A stretch of 64,000 nt of DNA from Candidatus Lustribacter sp. (GCA_965277805.1 OZ255842.1:256001-320000), one strand, 5' to 3'. Numbered from the stretch's first letter, positions 18,308-28,305 are shown. Translations and numbers: made by a program. Notes: a model not told the origin generated them from the sequence alone.

Positions 18308-19207
18308 CTAGTTGATCGACGCGCGCAGTGCTTCGTAGGAGAACGACGTGTCGCGCCAGGCGTCGATGTTGCCGAGACCGTGTTCCTCGTTCCAAACGAC
18401 GACGTCGAACATCTTGCCGGTGAGGGCTTTCGCGTCTTGGGCCGCAAGGTGCAGCGCGAGCGGCACCATGTGCTCCGGAACGAGCGGAAGGGGCCCCGCT
18501 TGGGTGGCGCCGGCCTTCATGCGCGCGATGTTCTGTTCGTCGAAGCCGGTGGTGCGCGTGTGGCCGGGGATCATGATGTTCACGGCCACGTTGTCTTTGC
18601 GCACTTCGTCGGCCAAGTAGAAGCTCATCGTGGCCAGCGCCGCCTTGGAGGACTGGTAGGGCATCTCCTGACTGTTGGGACGCAGGGCCGTATACGCACC
18701 GCCGGCCGAGCTGTTGACGATGCCGCTGCTCACCGTGTTGATGATGCTGCCGCGCTTTTGTTCGATCATCGGGCGGATGAAGCGGCGCGTGACCTTGAGC
18801 GCGCCGAAAATGTTCACCGCGAACGACTTCTGCCAATCGGCATCGGTTGTGGCCAGCGTGGTCGTGCGGCCGGTGGGCGGAAAGAGTTCGCGCTGCCGCA
18901 GGGCGGCGTTGTTGAGCAGCGCATCGACGGTGCCGAAGCGCTCGATCGTGCGCGCGAACACGCCGTCGATCGCGGCGTCGTCGGTGACGTCCATATCCGC
19001 GGTCATCAGGTTCGCGCCGCCCGCGGTGAGCGCCGCGTCGATCGGCTCGGCGCCGTCCCACGAACGGTCGGTCGACACGACCTTCGCGCCCGCTTTAAGA
19101 AACGCGAGCGTGTACGCGCGTCCGATTCCACGTGCGCCGCCGGTGATGACCACCACGCGGCCGGCCAGCTCTCTTGACGAATTCGGCGTATCCATAGCGC
19201 CGGACAC
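18308..19207 (-). CDS. Short-chain dehydrogenase/reductase
   Basis: TGGARGIG, NNAA and YQSSK motifs; alternative start ATG 19195. Confidence 0.9.
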   Translation of the reverse strand: MSGAMDTPNSSRELAGRVVVITGGARGIGRAYTLAFLKAGAKVVSTDRSWDGAEPIDAALTAGGANLMTADMDVTDDAAIDGVFARTIERFGTVDALLNNAALRQRELFPPTGRTTTLATTDADWQKSFAVNIFGALKVTRRFIRPMIEQKRGSIINTVSSGIVNSSAGGAYTALRPNSQEMPYQSSKAALATMSFYLADEVRKDNVAVNIMIPGHTRTTGFDEQNIARMKAGATQAGPLPLVPEHMVPLALHLAAQDAKALTGKMFDVVVWNEEHGLGNIDAWRDTSFSYEALRASIN

Positions 19208-19255
19208 GTTGGTCAGCGAGGTGCTGCATCCTCGTCGGCATATTCCCGCTGAACG

Positions 19256-20539
19256 ATGAGTGCAGTGTTGATCGTCCGCAACGTGACCGTGATCGACGGC
19301 TCCGGCGGTCCGCCGGTCGCCGATGCGGAAGTCGCGATCGCCGGCGGACGCTTTACCGCGATCCGCCCGATCGGCACGTCCGCCGGCCCCGGTATAACGG
19401 TGTACGACGGCAAGGGCGGTTTTTTGCTGCCGGGTTTATGGGAAGGTCACACGCATTTGCGCGCGCGGCCGGGCGAAGGCGACGCCGATCAGGTTGCGCG
19501 GCTCGAAACGATTCTCGCAAGCTATCTTGCGGCCGGTATCACCGCGGTGCTGGAGCTGGGCGGCCCGCTCGACATCGACGGGCGTCTGCGCGAACGCCAT
19601 CGCACGACGCCGCCGACCGGCGCGGCGGACCTGTTCTTCGCCGGCCCGTCGTTCACCGGAATCAACGGCTGGCCGCTCGAGCTGCACCACAATCACGCGC
19701 TCGTGCGCGAGGCCGGCGATGCGGAGACCGCGCGCCGCATGGTGCTCGAACTCGAAGGCGAGACGGATTTCGTCAAGTGCATTTACGACGGCGAACCCGG
19801 CGCGCCCGACAAGCTGCCGCGCGCGGCGCTGCAGGCGATCGTGAAGGCGGCGCACGAGCGCGGCAAGAGCGTGCTCGTGCACATCGCGACCAAACGCGAC
19901 ATCGAAGAAGCGGTCGACGCCGGTGCCGATTGCATCGAGCATGCGTTCATCCCCGAGGATCCCGACGACCTCACCGAAGCCGAAGACATCGCCGATCTGC
20001 TAGCAAGCACGGGCACCTACTTCTCGCCCACGCTCGCGGTATTCGAGCAGCTCGGCCGCAGCGGCGACAAAACGTACCTGAACGAACTCGCGCGCGATTC
20101 GATCATCTCGGCGAGTGAGGTTGACGAGATCGCGAGCCGTCCCGCCTTCGGCGCGCCGTTTCCGCATCATCCGGCAGCCGAAACGTTGACGCGCTTTCAG
20201 TACGCCATCCGGGCGCTGCCGATCATGCGCAACGCCGGCGTGAAGATCGTGGCCGGCAGCGATATCGCCCTGTTCATGTCGCGCCCGGCCGCGCTGCTGC
20301 GCGAACTGCAGCTTCTCACCGACGCCGGTTTACCGGCCGGCGACACGATCGTCGCCGCAACGCGCTACAATGCCGAGAAGATTCGCAAGTCGGCAAGCGC
20401 CGGCACGATCGCGCCCGGTCAGGTCGCCGACGCGCTGTTACTCAATGCCGATCCGCTCGGCGACATCATGCATCTCGTGCGCCCCGGCCATCGGGTGGCG
20501 ACGATCCGGCACGGACACCTGACCGAGGCGGCGGAATAG
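19256..20539 (+). CDS. Amidohydrolase_1 family (imidazolonepropionase/prolidase-like) metallohydrolase
   Basis: PGLWEGHTHL, VKCIYD, HIAT, IEHA, GSD and GTIAPGQVAD motifs. Confidence 0.88.
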   Translation: MSAVLIVRNVTVIDGSGGPPVADAEVAIAGGRFTAIRPIGTSAGPGITVYDGKGGFLLPGLWEGHTHLRARPGEGDADQVARLETILASYLAAGITAVLELGGPLDIDGRLRERHRTTPPTGAADLFFAGPSFTGINGWPLELHHNHALVREAGDAETARRMVLELEGETDFVKCIYDGEPGAPDKLPRAALQAIVKAAHERGKSVLVHIATKRDIEEAVDAGADCIEHAFIPEDPDDLTEAEDIADLLASTGTYFSPTLAVFEQLGRSGDKTYLNELARDSIISASEVDEIASRPAFGAPFPHHPAAETLTRFQYAIRALPIMRNAGVKIVAGSDIALFMSRPAALLRELQLLTDAGLPAGDTIVAATRYNAEKIRKSASAGTIAPGQVADALLLNADPLGDIMHLVRPGHRVATIRHGHLTEAAE

Positions 20540-20546
20540 GCCGGTA

Positions 20547-21473
20547 ATGACGCAATCTTCAATTCGCCGCGTCGCAGTGGTGGGCGCCGGCACGATCGGC
20601 GCGAGCTGGGCCGCGTACTTTCTCGCGCACGGCCTCGATGTGACCGTGAGCGACCCCGCGGCAGCGGCGCCGGACCTGCTCAAGCGCACGATCGAGACGG
20701 TTTGGCCGAGTCTCGTGCAGCTCGGCCTCGCGCCGGGCGCATCACCCGATCGCGTGCGCTTCGAGAGCGATCCGGTGGCGGCCGTCGAGGGTGCCGAGTT
20801 CGTTCAGGAAAACGGGCCGGAGAAAGAAGACGTGAAGATCGCGCTGTTCGCGCGGCTCGATGCGGCGCTGCCGGTCGAAACGATCATCGCGTCGAGTTCA
20901 TCGGGACTGCTGATCAGCCGCATACAGTCGGGTTGCGCGCATCCGGAACGCACCGTGATCGGGCATCCCTTCAATCCGCCGCACCTCATGCCGCTGGTGG
21001 AAGTCGTCGGCGGTGCGAAGACGTCGCCCGCGACGATTGCGCGCACGATGGCGTTCTATCGCGCGATCGGCAAGTACCCGATTCACATTCGCGCCGAAGT
21101 GACCGGGCATATTGCGAACCGGCTGCAGGCCGCGCTGTGGCGCGAAGCGATCCATCTCGTCGACACGGGCGTGGCCAGCGTCGCCGACGTGGATGCTGCG
21201 GTATCGTACGGCCCGGGATTGCGCTGGGCGCTGATGGGGCCATCGCTGACGTTTCATCTCGGCGGCGGCGAAGGCGGGATGGAGCACTTCATGACGCATC
21301 TCGGCGGGCCGATGCAAACCTGGTTCGACGCGCTGGGCAGCCCCGATCTTACGCCCGAGCGCCGGCAGAAGATCATCGACGGGGTCGCCGGCGCAACCGC
21401 CGGCCGCAGCGTGCCCGATCTGGCGCGCGAACGCGACGCGTTGCTGGTGGAGTTGCTCAAGCTGAAGCAGTAG
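20547..21473 (+). CDS. 3-hydroxyacyl-CoA dehydrogenase family (carnitine/L-gulonate dehydrogenase-like)
   Basis: VGAGTIGASW, QENGPE, SSSSG, GHPFNPPHLMPLVEV and ANRLQAALWREA motifs. Confidence 0.92.
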   Translation: MTQSSIRRVAVVGAGTIGASWAAYFLAHGLDVTVSDPAAAAPDLLKRTIETVWPSLVQLGLAPGASPDRVRFESDPVAAVEGAEFVQENGPEKEDVKIALFARLDAALPVETIIASSSSGLLISRIQSGCAHPERTVIGHPFNPPHLMPLVEVVGGAKTSPATIARTMAFYRAIGKYPIHIRAEVTGHIANRLQAALWREAIHLVDTGVASVADVDAAVSYGPGLRWALMGPSLTFHLGGGEGGMEHFMTHLGGPMQTWFDALGSPDLTPERRQKIIDGVAGATAGRSVPDLARERDALLVELLKLKQ

Positions 21474-21526
21474 GGCTTATATCCGTCTGGCGGAATGCTT
21501 TGGCGACGACGTTTTGGAGGGCACCG

Positions 21527-22522
21527 ATGGCCAACGTAGCTGAGAGCCTGGCGGAAACTGCAGTCGACCGGTCGGAGTGGACGATCACCTCGACGTGCCG
21601 GCGGTGCCGGGCGGCGTGGAATCTCGCGCCCAGCGTCATCGGGACCGCCAAGGACGGCAAGGCGTTTTTCCGGCGGCAGCCCGAGACGGAAGAGGAACTC
21701 AGCGAAGCGTGGCGCGCCTTGGTGGCGTGTCCGACCGGTTCGATCAAAGCGCCGCACGGGCTGCCGCTGCCGAACGACGTGTTTCCGCAACTGCTGGCCG
21801 AGAATCTTTGGCGCCTCGGATACAACGACAACAGCAGTGCCGGCGCGCATCCGTTTTTCATTCGCGCGAAGAGCGGCCTGAACTTCATGGTCGACGGTCC
21901 GCGCTTCGTGCCGAAGCTGGTGAAGTTCATCGAAGAGCAGGGCGGGCTCGATCACGTGCTGTTGACGCACCGCGACGACGTCGGCTCGGCCGCGAAATAT
22001 GCCGAACATTTCGGCGCGCGATTGTGGATCCACGAGAATGACCGTGCGGCGGCGCCCGAAGCCACCGACATCCTGACCGGCTACGAGATCACCGAACCGG
22101 TACCGGGCTGCACCGTCATTCCGATTCCCGGCCACACGATCGGCAGCGTGGCGTTTCTCATCGATGAGAAACTGTTTCCCGGCGATTCGCTCGGCTGGGA
22201 ACTCGCGCAAAGCCAGCTGTGGACGAATCCGATTTTTTGCTGGGATGACTGGCCGATGCAGGCCCGCGCGCTGCGGCGGCTGCAAGCCTTCCGCTTCGAT
22301 TACGTGTGCTCCGGCCACAACTACAGCATTGGATTCCCGGCCGACCGCATGAAGGCGGAGTTGGACAAGGCGCTCGATTTCTTCGATACGCTCACGTGGA
22401 CGCCGCCGACGCATCTGCCGACCGGCGAGGCGATTCCTGCGGCGCGCATTCAAGAACGCGATCGCCGCGTCGCGGAAGTTCGCGCCGACTTTTTCGCGAC
22501 GCTCGAGCGCGAACAGGCTTGA
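21527..22522 (+). CDS. Ferredoxin-like domain fused to a metallo-beta-lactamase-fold hydrolase
   Basis: N-terminal CRRC...CPTGSI; THRDDV, GHTIGS, GDSL and GH motifs; GGAGG before ATG 21527. Confidence 0.85.
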   Translation: MANVAESLAETAVDRSEWTITSTCRRCRAAWNLAPSVIGTAKDGKAFFRRQPETEEELSEAWRALVACPTGSIKAPHGLPLPNDVFPQLLAENLWRLGYNDNSSAGAHPFFIRAKSGLNFMVDGPRFVPKLVKFIEEQGGLDHVLLTHRDDVGSAAKYAEHFGARLWIHENDRAAAPEATDILTGYEITEPVPGCTVIPIPGHTIGSVAFLIDEKLFPGDSLGWELAQSQLWTNPIFCWDDWPMQARALRRLQAFRFDYVCSGHNYSIGFPADRMKAELDKALDFFDTLTWTPPTHLPTGEAIPAARIQERDRRVAEVRADFFATLEREQA

Positions 22523-23469
22523 TGCACGTTTCGCGGCGTCACGCGCTGGCGGCCCTCGCTGCTGCCGGCAGCGTGCCGTATTTGGGGCGGCCGGCTGCGG
22601 CCGATGGGCCGGCGATTCGCGTCGGCATGATTCCCATCGAGTCGGCCTGCGGCGCCTTTTATGCGAAGGAAAACGGGTTCTTTCAAAACGCCGGCGTGAA
22701 CGTCGAGATCGAGCTCAACCCATCGACGCCGGCGATTGCGTCGGCCGTCGTTGCCGGTACGTACGATATCGCATTCAGCGGCATTTCGACGCTGGCAGCG
22801 GCGCATGCGCGCGGGCTGCCGTTCGTCCTCATCGCGCCGTCGGGCATCATCGCGCCCGGTACGGTCTCGGGTGGGATAACGGTCGCGCCGCAATCGCCGA
22901 TCCGTACGGCTACGGACCTCAACGGCAAGACGTTCGCGGCTTCGGGTCTCAACACGCAAGCGGAGTACTCGCCGCGCGCGTGGATCGACAAGCATGGCGG
23001 CGATTCGACGACGTGCAAGTTCATCGAGATGCCGTTTCCGCAGATCGCCGACGCGATCGCGGCCGGCCGCGTCGACGCCGGCTATTTGGTCGAGCCCTTT
23101 CTCACCGTGGCGAGCAAACGCGGCGTCGTGCGCACCATCGCCAGCGGCGACGACGCGATCGGAACGACCTTCCTCGCCAGCGGCTGGTTTGCGCTCGCCG
23201 CATGGGCGAAGGCGCATCCCGACGCCGTGGCGGCGTTCGCAAGCGCGGTTGGTCAGGCGGGGCACTGGGCCAACGCGAATCCGGATAAAGTCGTACCGAT
23301 CATCGCGGCGCACCTCAAGACCGATCCGGCGGTGACGGCCGCGGTTCCACGCACGCTCTACACGGATCGTCTGATCGCCGCGCAGGTTCAGCCGTGGATC
23401 GACGTCACCGCGAAGTACGCGAAATTCCCGTCCTTTGCCGCCGCCGACCTGATGTACCGCCGGTCATGA
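22522..23469 (+). CDS. ABC substrate-binding protein, NMT1/SsuA type (TAT-like leader)
   Basis: SRRHAL leader; GFFQNAGV, DLNGKTFA, AWIDKHGGD and GRVDAG motifs; TGATG coupling to the upstream gene. Confidence 0.88.
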   Translation: MHVSRRHALAALAAAGSVPYLGRPAAADGPAIRVGMIPIESACGAFYAKENGFFQNAGVNVEIELNPSTPAIASAVVAGTYDIAFSGISTLAAAHARGLPFVLIAPSGIIAPGTVSGGITVAPQSPIRTATDLNGKTFAASGLNTQAEYSPRAWIDKHGGDSTTCKFIEMPFPQIADAIAAGRVDAGYLVEPFLTVASKRGVVRTIASGDDAIGTTFLASGWFALAAWAKAHPDAVAAFASAVGQAGHWANANPDKVVPIIAAHLKTDPAVTAAVPRTLYTDRLIAAQVQPWIDVTAKYAKFPSFAAADLMYRRS

Positions 23470-24638
23470 ACGTGCGCATCGTCGCCGCAGCGGCGCTTGC
23501 GCTCGGCGTGCTCGGGCACGCTACGAGGCTCGGCGCGGCCGACGTGGTGCCGGTCGAGTTCAACATGATCCTCTCGACAACCGGCGCCGCCGCGGTCGCC
23601 GGCGTTCCCGTCAGCCAAGGCGTGCGGGTTCTCGAGCAGATGGTGAATGCCGCCGGCGGCGTCAACGGGCGCCCGGTGAAGTTCAACATCCTCGACGATC
23701 AGTCGAGTCCGCAGATCGCCGTGCAACTCGCCAACGACCTCATCGCAAAGAAGGTACCGGCGATCCTCGGCCCGTTGTCGACCGCCTCGTGCGGCGCGGT
23801 CGCGACGCTGGTGGAAAAGAGCGGCCCGCTGATGTACTGCGTCAGCCCGTTCATCAAGCCGGCGATCGGCGGCTACGTGTACGCCGGCGGACCGGCCGAC
23901 ATCGACGGCGCGGCCGTCGTGCTGCGCTACTTCCGCGAACGCGGCATGACGCGCTTCGCGATGCTCAACTCGACCGATGCCAGCGGCCAGGCGCTGGATA
24001 ACGCCTTCGTCGAGGCCTTCGCGTTGCCGGAAAACAAAGGGATCACGCTCGTCGCGCACCAGCACTTCGCGCCGAGCGCAACGAGCACGTCGGCCCAAAT
24101 CGCGGACATCAAGGCGGCCAACCCCCAAGTCTTGATCAGCTGGATGATCGGCGCGCCGTTCGCGACGGTTTTGCGCGGCGCGCACGACGGCGGACTCGAC
24201 GTCCCGATCGTGACCAACGGCGCCAACGGATCGGCGGCCTTCATGACGCAAGTCGCGTCGTTCTTGCCGAAGGAGGTCGACTTCGCGTCCTATCCCGCTT
24301 CGCTCGCGAGCGCCGCGAGCAAAGGCATCGCCGCCGCTCAAGCCGCGCAAACGAAAGCCTTCGAAGCCGCGCACGTCAAACAAGAAGGCAACGCGATGGG
24401 CGCCTGGGATCTCGCGCTGATCATGGTCGATGCGATGCGCCACCTGCCCGCCAACGCGACGGCCGACGATCTGCGGGCCTACATCAACAAGCTGCAAGGC
24501 TTTGCCGGTACCAACGCGATCTACAACTTCCGAACTTACCCGCAGCGCGGCAGCGGACGCGACGGGAACATCATGGCGCGTTACGATCCCGCGACCAACG
24601 CATTCATCGCGATCAGCAAACCGGGCGGCGGCAAATGA
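23466..24638 (+). CDS. ABC substrate-binding protein, LivJ type
   Basis: Signal peptide; VNAAGGVNGRPVKFNILDDQSSP motif; ATGA overlap. Confidence 0.88.
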   Translation: MNVRIVAAAALALGVLGHATRLGAADVVPVEFNMILSTTGAAAVAGVPVSQGVRVLEQMVNAAGGVNGRPVKFNILDDQSSPQIAVQLANDLIAKKVPAILGPLSTASCGAVATLVEKSGPLMYCVSPFIKPAIGGYVYAGGPADIDGAAVVLRYFRERGMTRFAMLNSTDASGQALDNAFVEAFALPENKGITLVAHQHFAPSATSTSAQIADIKAANPQVLISWMIGAPFATVLRGAHDGGLDVPIVTNGANGSAAFMTQVASFLPKEVDFASYPASLASAASKGIAAAQAAQTKAFEAAHVKQEGNAMGAWDLALIMVDAMRHLPANATADDLRAYINKLQGFAGTNAIYNFRTYPQRGSGRDGNIMARYDPATNAFIAISKPGGGK

Positions 24639-25858
24639 CGCAGACGTCAACGATGGTGCCGGTGCAAGGCGGTTACGTACCGCGTTTCTCGCTCGCCGAA
24701 CGCGACCGGCGCTGGAAACGCGTGCGCGAACTGATGGCAGCCGATAACATCGATTGCATTTTCGTGCCGCCGAACACCGGGCACTGGGACACGTTTCAAG
24801 CCAGCGGACGATACTTAACCACGCTCGGCGGTAACAACGCGCAAGTCGCGACGATCTTCCCGCACACCGGTGACGTCACGGCGATCTCGAGCCCCGACAT
24901 CGCGCCGGCGATTTGGCACGCGCGTCAGGACTGGCTCCAGGACATCCGCTCGGCGGGCAGCGGCGGCGGCTGGGGTTACACCGACCACGTCATCGCGCGC
25001 ATTAAAGAACTCGGCCTCGAACGGGGACGCATCGGCATCGTCGGCCTCGAAGGCAATACGCGCTACCCCGAGGGCGTCTTCTCGCACGGCATGTACGAAA
25101 AACTGCGCGCCGCCTTACCCGGCGCGCAATTCGTCAACGGCAACTTCGTTCTCGAACGCGCGCGCTTCGTCAAGAGCGCGGAAGAAATCGCCATCATGGA
25201 GCAGGGAATCGCGCTGACAGAAGGCGCGCTCGACGTCCTGCGCGCCGAGGCGAAGCCGGGCGTGCCGGAGTGCGTCGTCTACATGCGTCTGCTCGCGAGC
25301 ATGGTCGAACGCGGTGCCGAGCTGCCCAGCATGATTCTCTGGTCCGCCGCGTGGCCGCAGTCGCCGTCGAACTACTACATGCCGACGCAGCGCCCGCTCG
25401 CGCAGGGCGACATGATCTCGATCGAGCTGGAAGCGCGCGTTGCCGGCTACAATGGCCAGGTCACGCAGGTCGCCTTCATCGGGGAGCCGCCGCGCGAGTA
25501 TCAGGAGATGTTCGAGCTGCAGCAGCGCGCGGTCGCCCGCTGTTACGAACTGCTGCATCCTGGTTCGATCATGGGCGACTTCGTCGAAGCGATGAAAGAC
25601 TTCGAAAATGCGGACTACACCGTTCGCCTGATCATGCACTGCCGCGGCCTCGGTGACGACTCGCCGATCTGCATCGGCGAATTCCGCGACGAGATGATGC
25701 GCACGTGGCCGATCGAGGTGGGCGCGACCTTCATCGTCAAGCCGGTGATCTTTGCCCGCGAAGGGTTCCGCCGGCTCTACTGGGGCGACACCGTCGTTGC
25801 AACGGAGACCGGTGCGCGCCGTCTCGGCTCGCGCAAACCGGAAATCATGCGTCTATGA
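24635..25858 (+). CDS. M24 peptidase / creatinase-fold hydrolase with atypical metal ligands
   Basis: FSLAERDRRW N-domain; RFVKSAEEI, ELEARVAGYNGQ, HCRGLG and WGDTV motifs. Confidence 0.85.
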   Translation: MTQTSTMVPVQGGYVPRFSLAERDRRWKRVRELMAADNIDCIFVPPNTGHWDTFQASGRYLTTLGGNNAQVATIFPHTGDVTAISSPDIAPAIWHARQDWLQDIRSAGSGGGWGYTDHVIARIKELGLERGRIGIVGLEGNTRYPEGVFSHGMYEKLRAALPGAQFVNGNFVLERARFVKSAEEIAIMEQGIALTEGALDVLRAEAKPGVPECVVYMRLLASMVERGAELPSMILWSAAWPQSPSNYYMPTQRPLAQGDMISIELEARVAGYNGQVTQVAFIGEPPREYQEMFELQQRAVARCYELLHPGSIMGDFVEAMKDFENADYTVRLIMHCRGLGDDSPICIGEFRDEMMRTWPIEVGATFIVKPVIFAREGFRRLYWGDTVVATETGARRLGSRKPEIMRL

Positions 25859-27069
25859 AACGTTCCATCAGGAGGCTGCCCTTCGTGAAAGTTCTGATCA
25901 GCGCGATGCTTACGCTGGTGCTCGCCGTTTCTGCCGATGGTCCGGGCGGCGCGCAGACGGCAACCGGCGCGCCGTATACGATCGATGCGATCCTCGAGCT
26001 CTCCGGCTCGAACGCGTTTACGGGCGAAATCTATGCGACGTCGCTGAAGATCTACGAGACGTACGTCAACGCGCACGGCGGCATCAACGGCCGGCCCGTG
26101 CATTTCAACCTGCGCGACGACGCGACCAATCCGCAGACGGCCGTGCAACTCGCGTCCGATACGCTCGCGAAGCATCCGGTGGTGTTCTTCGGCGGCGGCA
26201 ACACCGGGTCGTGCGCGGCGATCGCGCCGATGGTGAAAGACGGACCGGTCGACTATTGCATCTCGCCCGGATTCTCGCCGGACAAGGGAAGCTACGCGTT
26301 CGCGACGTCGCCGTCGTTGAAATCGATCGTGTCGGCGATCCTCGCGTACTGCCGCAGCCATGGATTGAAACGGCTGGCGCTGATTTCGGCGATCGACGCC
26401 ACCGGCAAGGCGTCGGAACAAGTGCTGACCGAGTTGCTCGACCTTCCGGCCAACCACGATCTGATGCTGACCACGAACCAGCACTTCAATCCGGCCGATC
26501 TCAGCATCGCCGCCCAAATCACGCAAGTGGCGGCTGCGAAGGCCGACATCGTGCTGTGCTTTGCGGGCGGAACGCCCTTCGGAACCGTGCTGCGCAGCCT
26601 CAACGACGGCGGCGTGCACCTGCCGGTCCTCACGTCGTCGGCGAACATCAACCGCGTCCAGCTCGATCAGTACAAGAGCTTTCTCCCGCCCCAGCTGATC
26701 TTCAACGGACCGATCTTCGAGATGGCGGATCAAGTCGGCGACCGCGGGCTGCGTGATGCCGTGAACGCCCTGTATTCCGCATACAAAGCGGCCGGCGCGG
26801 AGCTGAGCCCGCAAAGCGGCTTCGCCTGGGATCCGGCAGCGCTGGTCGTTTCGGGCCTGCGCAAGCTCGGGCCGTCGGCGACACCGCAGCAACTGCGCGA
26901 CTACCTGCTCGGCCTGCGCAAATATCCCGGCGTGAACGGCTCCTACGACTTCTCGATCGGCGACCAGCACGGGCTCGGGGCCGACTCGCTGGTGTTCGTT
27001 TCGTGGGATCCGAACACGCGGAACTTCTCCCTCGTCAGCGGGCCCGGCGGCTTGCCGCTGCGCCGTTAA
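25855..27069 (+). CDS. ABC substrate-binding protein, LivJ type
   Basis: VNAHGGINGRPVHFNLRDDATNP motif; start ATG 25855, or GTG 25885 behind AGGAGG. Confidence 0.88.
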   Translation: MKRSIRRLPFVKVLISAMLTLVLAVSADGPGGAQTATGAPYTIDAILELSGSNAFTGEIYATSLKIYETYVNAHGGINGRPVHFNLRDDATNPQTAVQLASDTLAKHPVVFFGGGNTGSCAAIAPMVKDGPVDYCISPGFSPDKGSYAFATSPSLKSIVSAILAYCRSHGLKRLALISAIDATGKASEQVLTELLDLPANHDLMLTTNQHFNPADLSIAAQITQVAAAKADIVLCFAGGTPFGTVLRSLNDGGVHLPVLTSSANINRVQLDQYKSFLPPQLIFNGPIFEMADQVGDRGLRDAVNALYSAYKAAGAELSPQSGFAWDPAALVVSGLRKLGPSATPQQLRDYLLGLRKYPGVNGSYDFSIGDQHGLGADSLVFVSWDPNTRNFSLVSGPGGLPLRR

Positions 27070-27087
27070 AAACGATAGGATACCAGC

Positions 27088-27732
27088 ATGAACGCAAAGC
27101 CCAAGATCACGACGATCGAAATCGAGGACTCGCTGGACAAGCTCGACGACTGGGATTTCTTCGCGGAGAAGGTTGTCGGCAAGTTCTCGGGGTTCAAAGC
27201 TGCGTCGGGCAATATTCTCGGCATTCGGCGCCGCATCATCGATCGCGATTCGGTGTACGACGAGAAGAAGGGCCCGCACCCGCACACCTTCGAGCTCTCG
27301 CCCACCGGCATCGAGACCATCAGCTTCAAGCCGATGAACTTCCATGTGACGCACGCCGGCACGCCGCATCGCGTCCCGCACAGTTTCGGTTACTGGCACA
27401 TCAACGATCTCGACGAAGTATATCTCGCGATCCCGGCGCCGGAAGGTGAAGAGCGCGGCCACTTCGTCGTCGTCATGCAGAAGCCGGCCGGCAAAGAAGG
27501 CGAGAGCTTCGCCTGGTACTGCGAAGAGTGCTTGACGCTGTTCGATGAGTACCGTTTCAATCACGGCGAGCTCGGTCTCACCGAATTTTGGCGCGCGGAA
27601 ATGCAAGCCGTCGCTCAGCACAACGCCAAGGACCGGACGTGTCCCGAATGCGGGCACGCGAATCCTCTCGCCTACACCTGGAATACGGTGAAAGATACGC
27701 CGGAGCTCACGGCTGCCCGTCACCACTGGTGA
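27088..27732 (+). CDS. 3-hydroxyanthranilate 3,4-dioxygenase-like cupin with rubredoxin-like Cys4 site (subunit A)
   Basis: WYCEEC...RTCPECG C-terminal motif; HINDLDE (H-x5-E) and PHRVPHS motifs. Confidence 0.65.
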   Translation: MNAKPKITTIEIEDSLDKLDDWDFFAEKVVGKFSGFKAASGNILGIRRRIIDRDSVYDEKKGPHPHTFELSPTGIETISFKPMNFHVTHAGTPHRVPHSFGYWHINDLDEVYLAIPAPEGEERGHFVVVMQKPAGKEGESFAWYCEECLTLFDEYRFNHGELGLTEFWRAEMQAVAQHNAKDRTCPECGHANPLAYTWNTVKDTPELTAARHHW

Positions 27733-28301
27733 GCACGTCGCCGCAACTGCCGGTCCTCGGGTTCGACTTCCCGCTCGACGCGCCCAATGGTTGGCATGAA
27801 GCGAACCGGTATCTGCTCTACGCCGGACACTTCGCGCTCGATGCGCCGCCGATCGCCCTGCAAGAATGGCTCGGCTCGGGTAGCGAGACGGTGCCGGCGC
27901 GTCACCGGCAACTCAGCATGGTGCCGGCCGGTACGCCGCACCGGTTGACGCACTTGGCCGGGTTCTGGCGTGAGTCCGACGCCGACTTGATCGTGCTGCG
28001 CGCCGTGCTGCCGGAAGCGTTGTACATCGCGCTGTACGTTTCGTCGGGACCATCGCATCACTACGATCGGATCTGCTGGTACTGCAATAAATGCGGTACG
28101 AAACTCGCGCCGTGGACCTACAACGTCGAGCGCTTCGGCGCGCTGTCGTTCTGGGAGAAGCTACTCGAACCCGTGCGCGCCTTCAATGCGGACGCTGCGC
28201 AGCGGACGTGTCCCGCGTGCGGGGCCGTGCATCCGTTAGCTTACGGCTTCGACGCGGCGGACGATACGAGCGAAGAGCGGGCCGCGCGGGCGAGCTGGTA
28301 A
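27729..28301 (+). CDS. 3-hydroxyanthranilate dioxygenase-like paralog (subunit B, degenerate Fe site)
   Basis: GTGA overlap with subunit A; AGTPHR and WYCNKC...RTCPACGAVHP motifs; H-x5-E absent. Confidence 0.6.
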   Translation: MSTSPQLPVLGFDFPLDAPNGWHEANRYLLYAGHFALDAPPIALQEWLGSGSETVPARHRQLSMVPAGTPHRLTHLAGFWRESDADLIVLRAVLPEALYIALYVSSGPSHHYDRICWYCNKCGTKLAPWTYNVERFGALSFWEKLLEPVRAFNADAAQRTCPACGAVHPLAYGFDAADDTSEERAARASW

Positions 28302-28305
28302 CGCG

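Noticed and set aside
20702-21526. Apparent large fusion upstream of the ferredoxin-MBL protein
   Set aside because: It is an off-frame overlap with the 3-hydroxyacyl-CoA dehydrogenase; the GGAGG-ATG at 21527 is the credible start.
27088-27732. Naming this gene nbaC (kynurenine pathway)
   Set aside because: The motif order differs from canonical 3-HAO and no kynU, kmo or kynA is adjacent.
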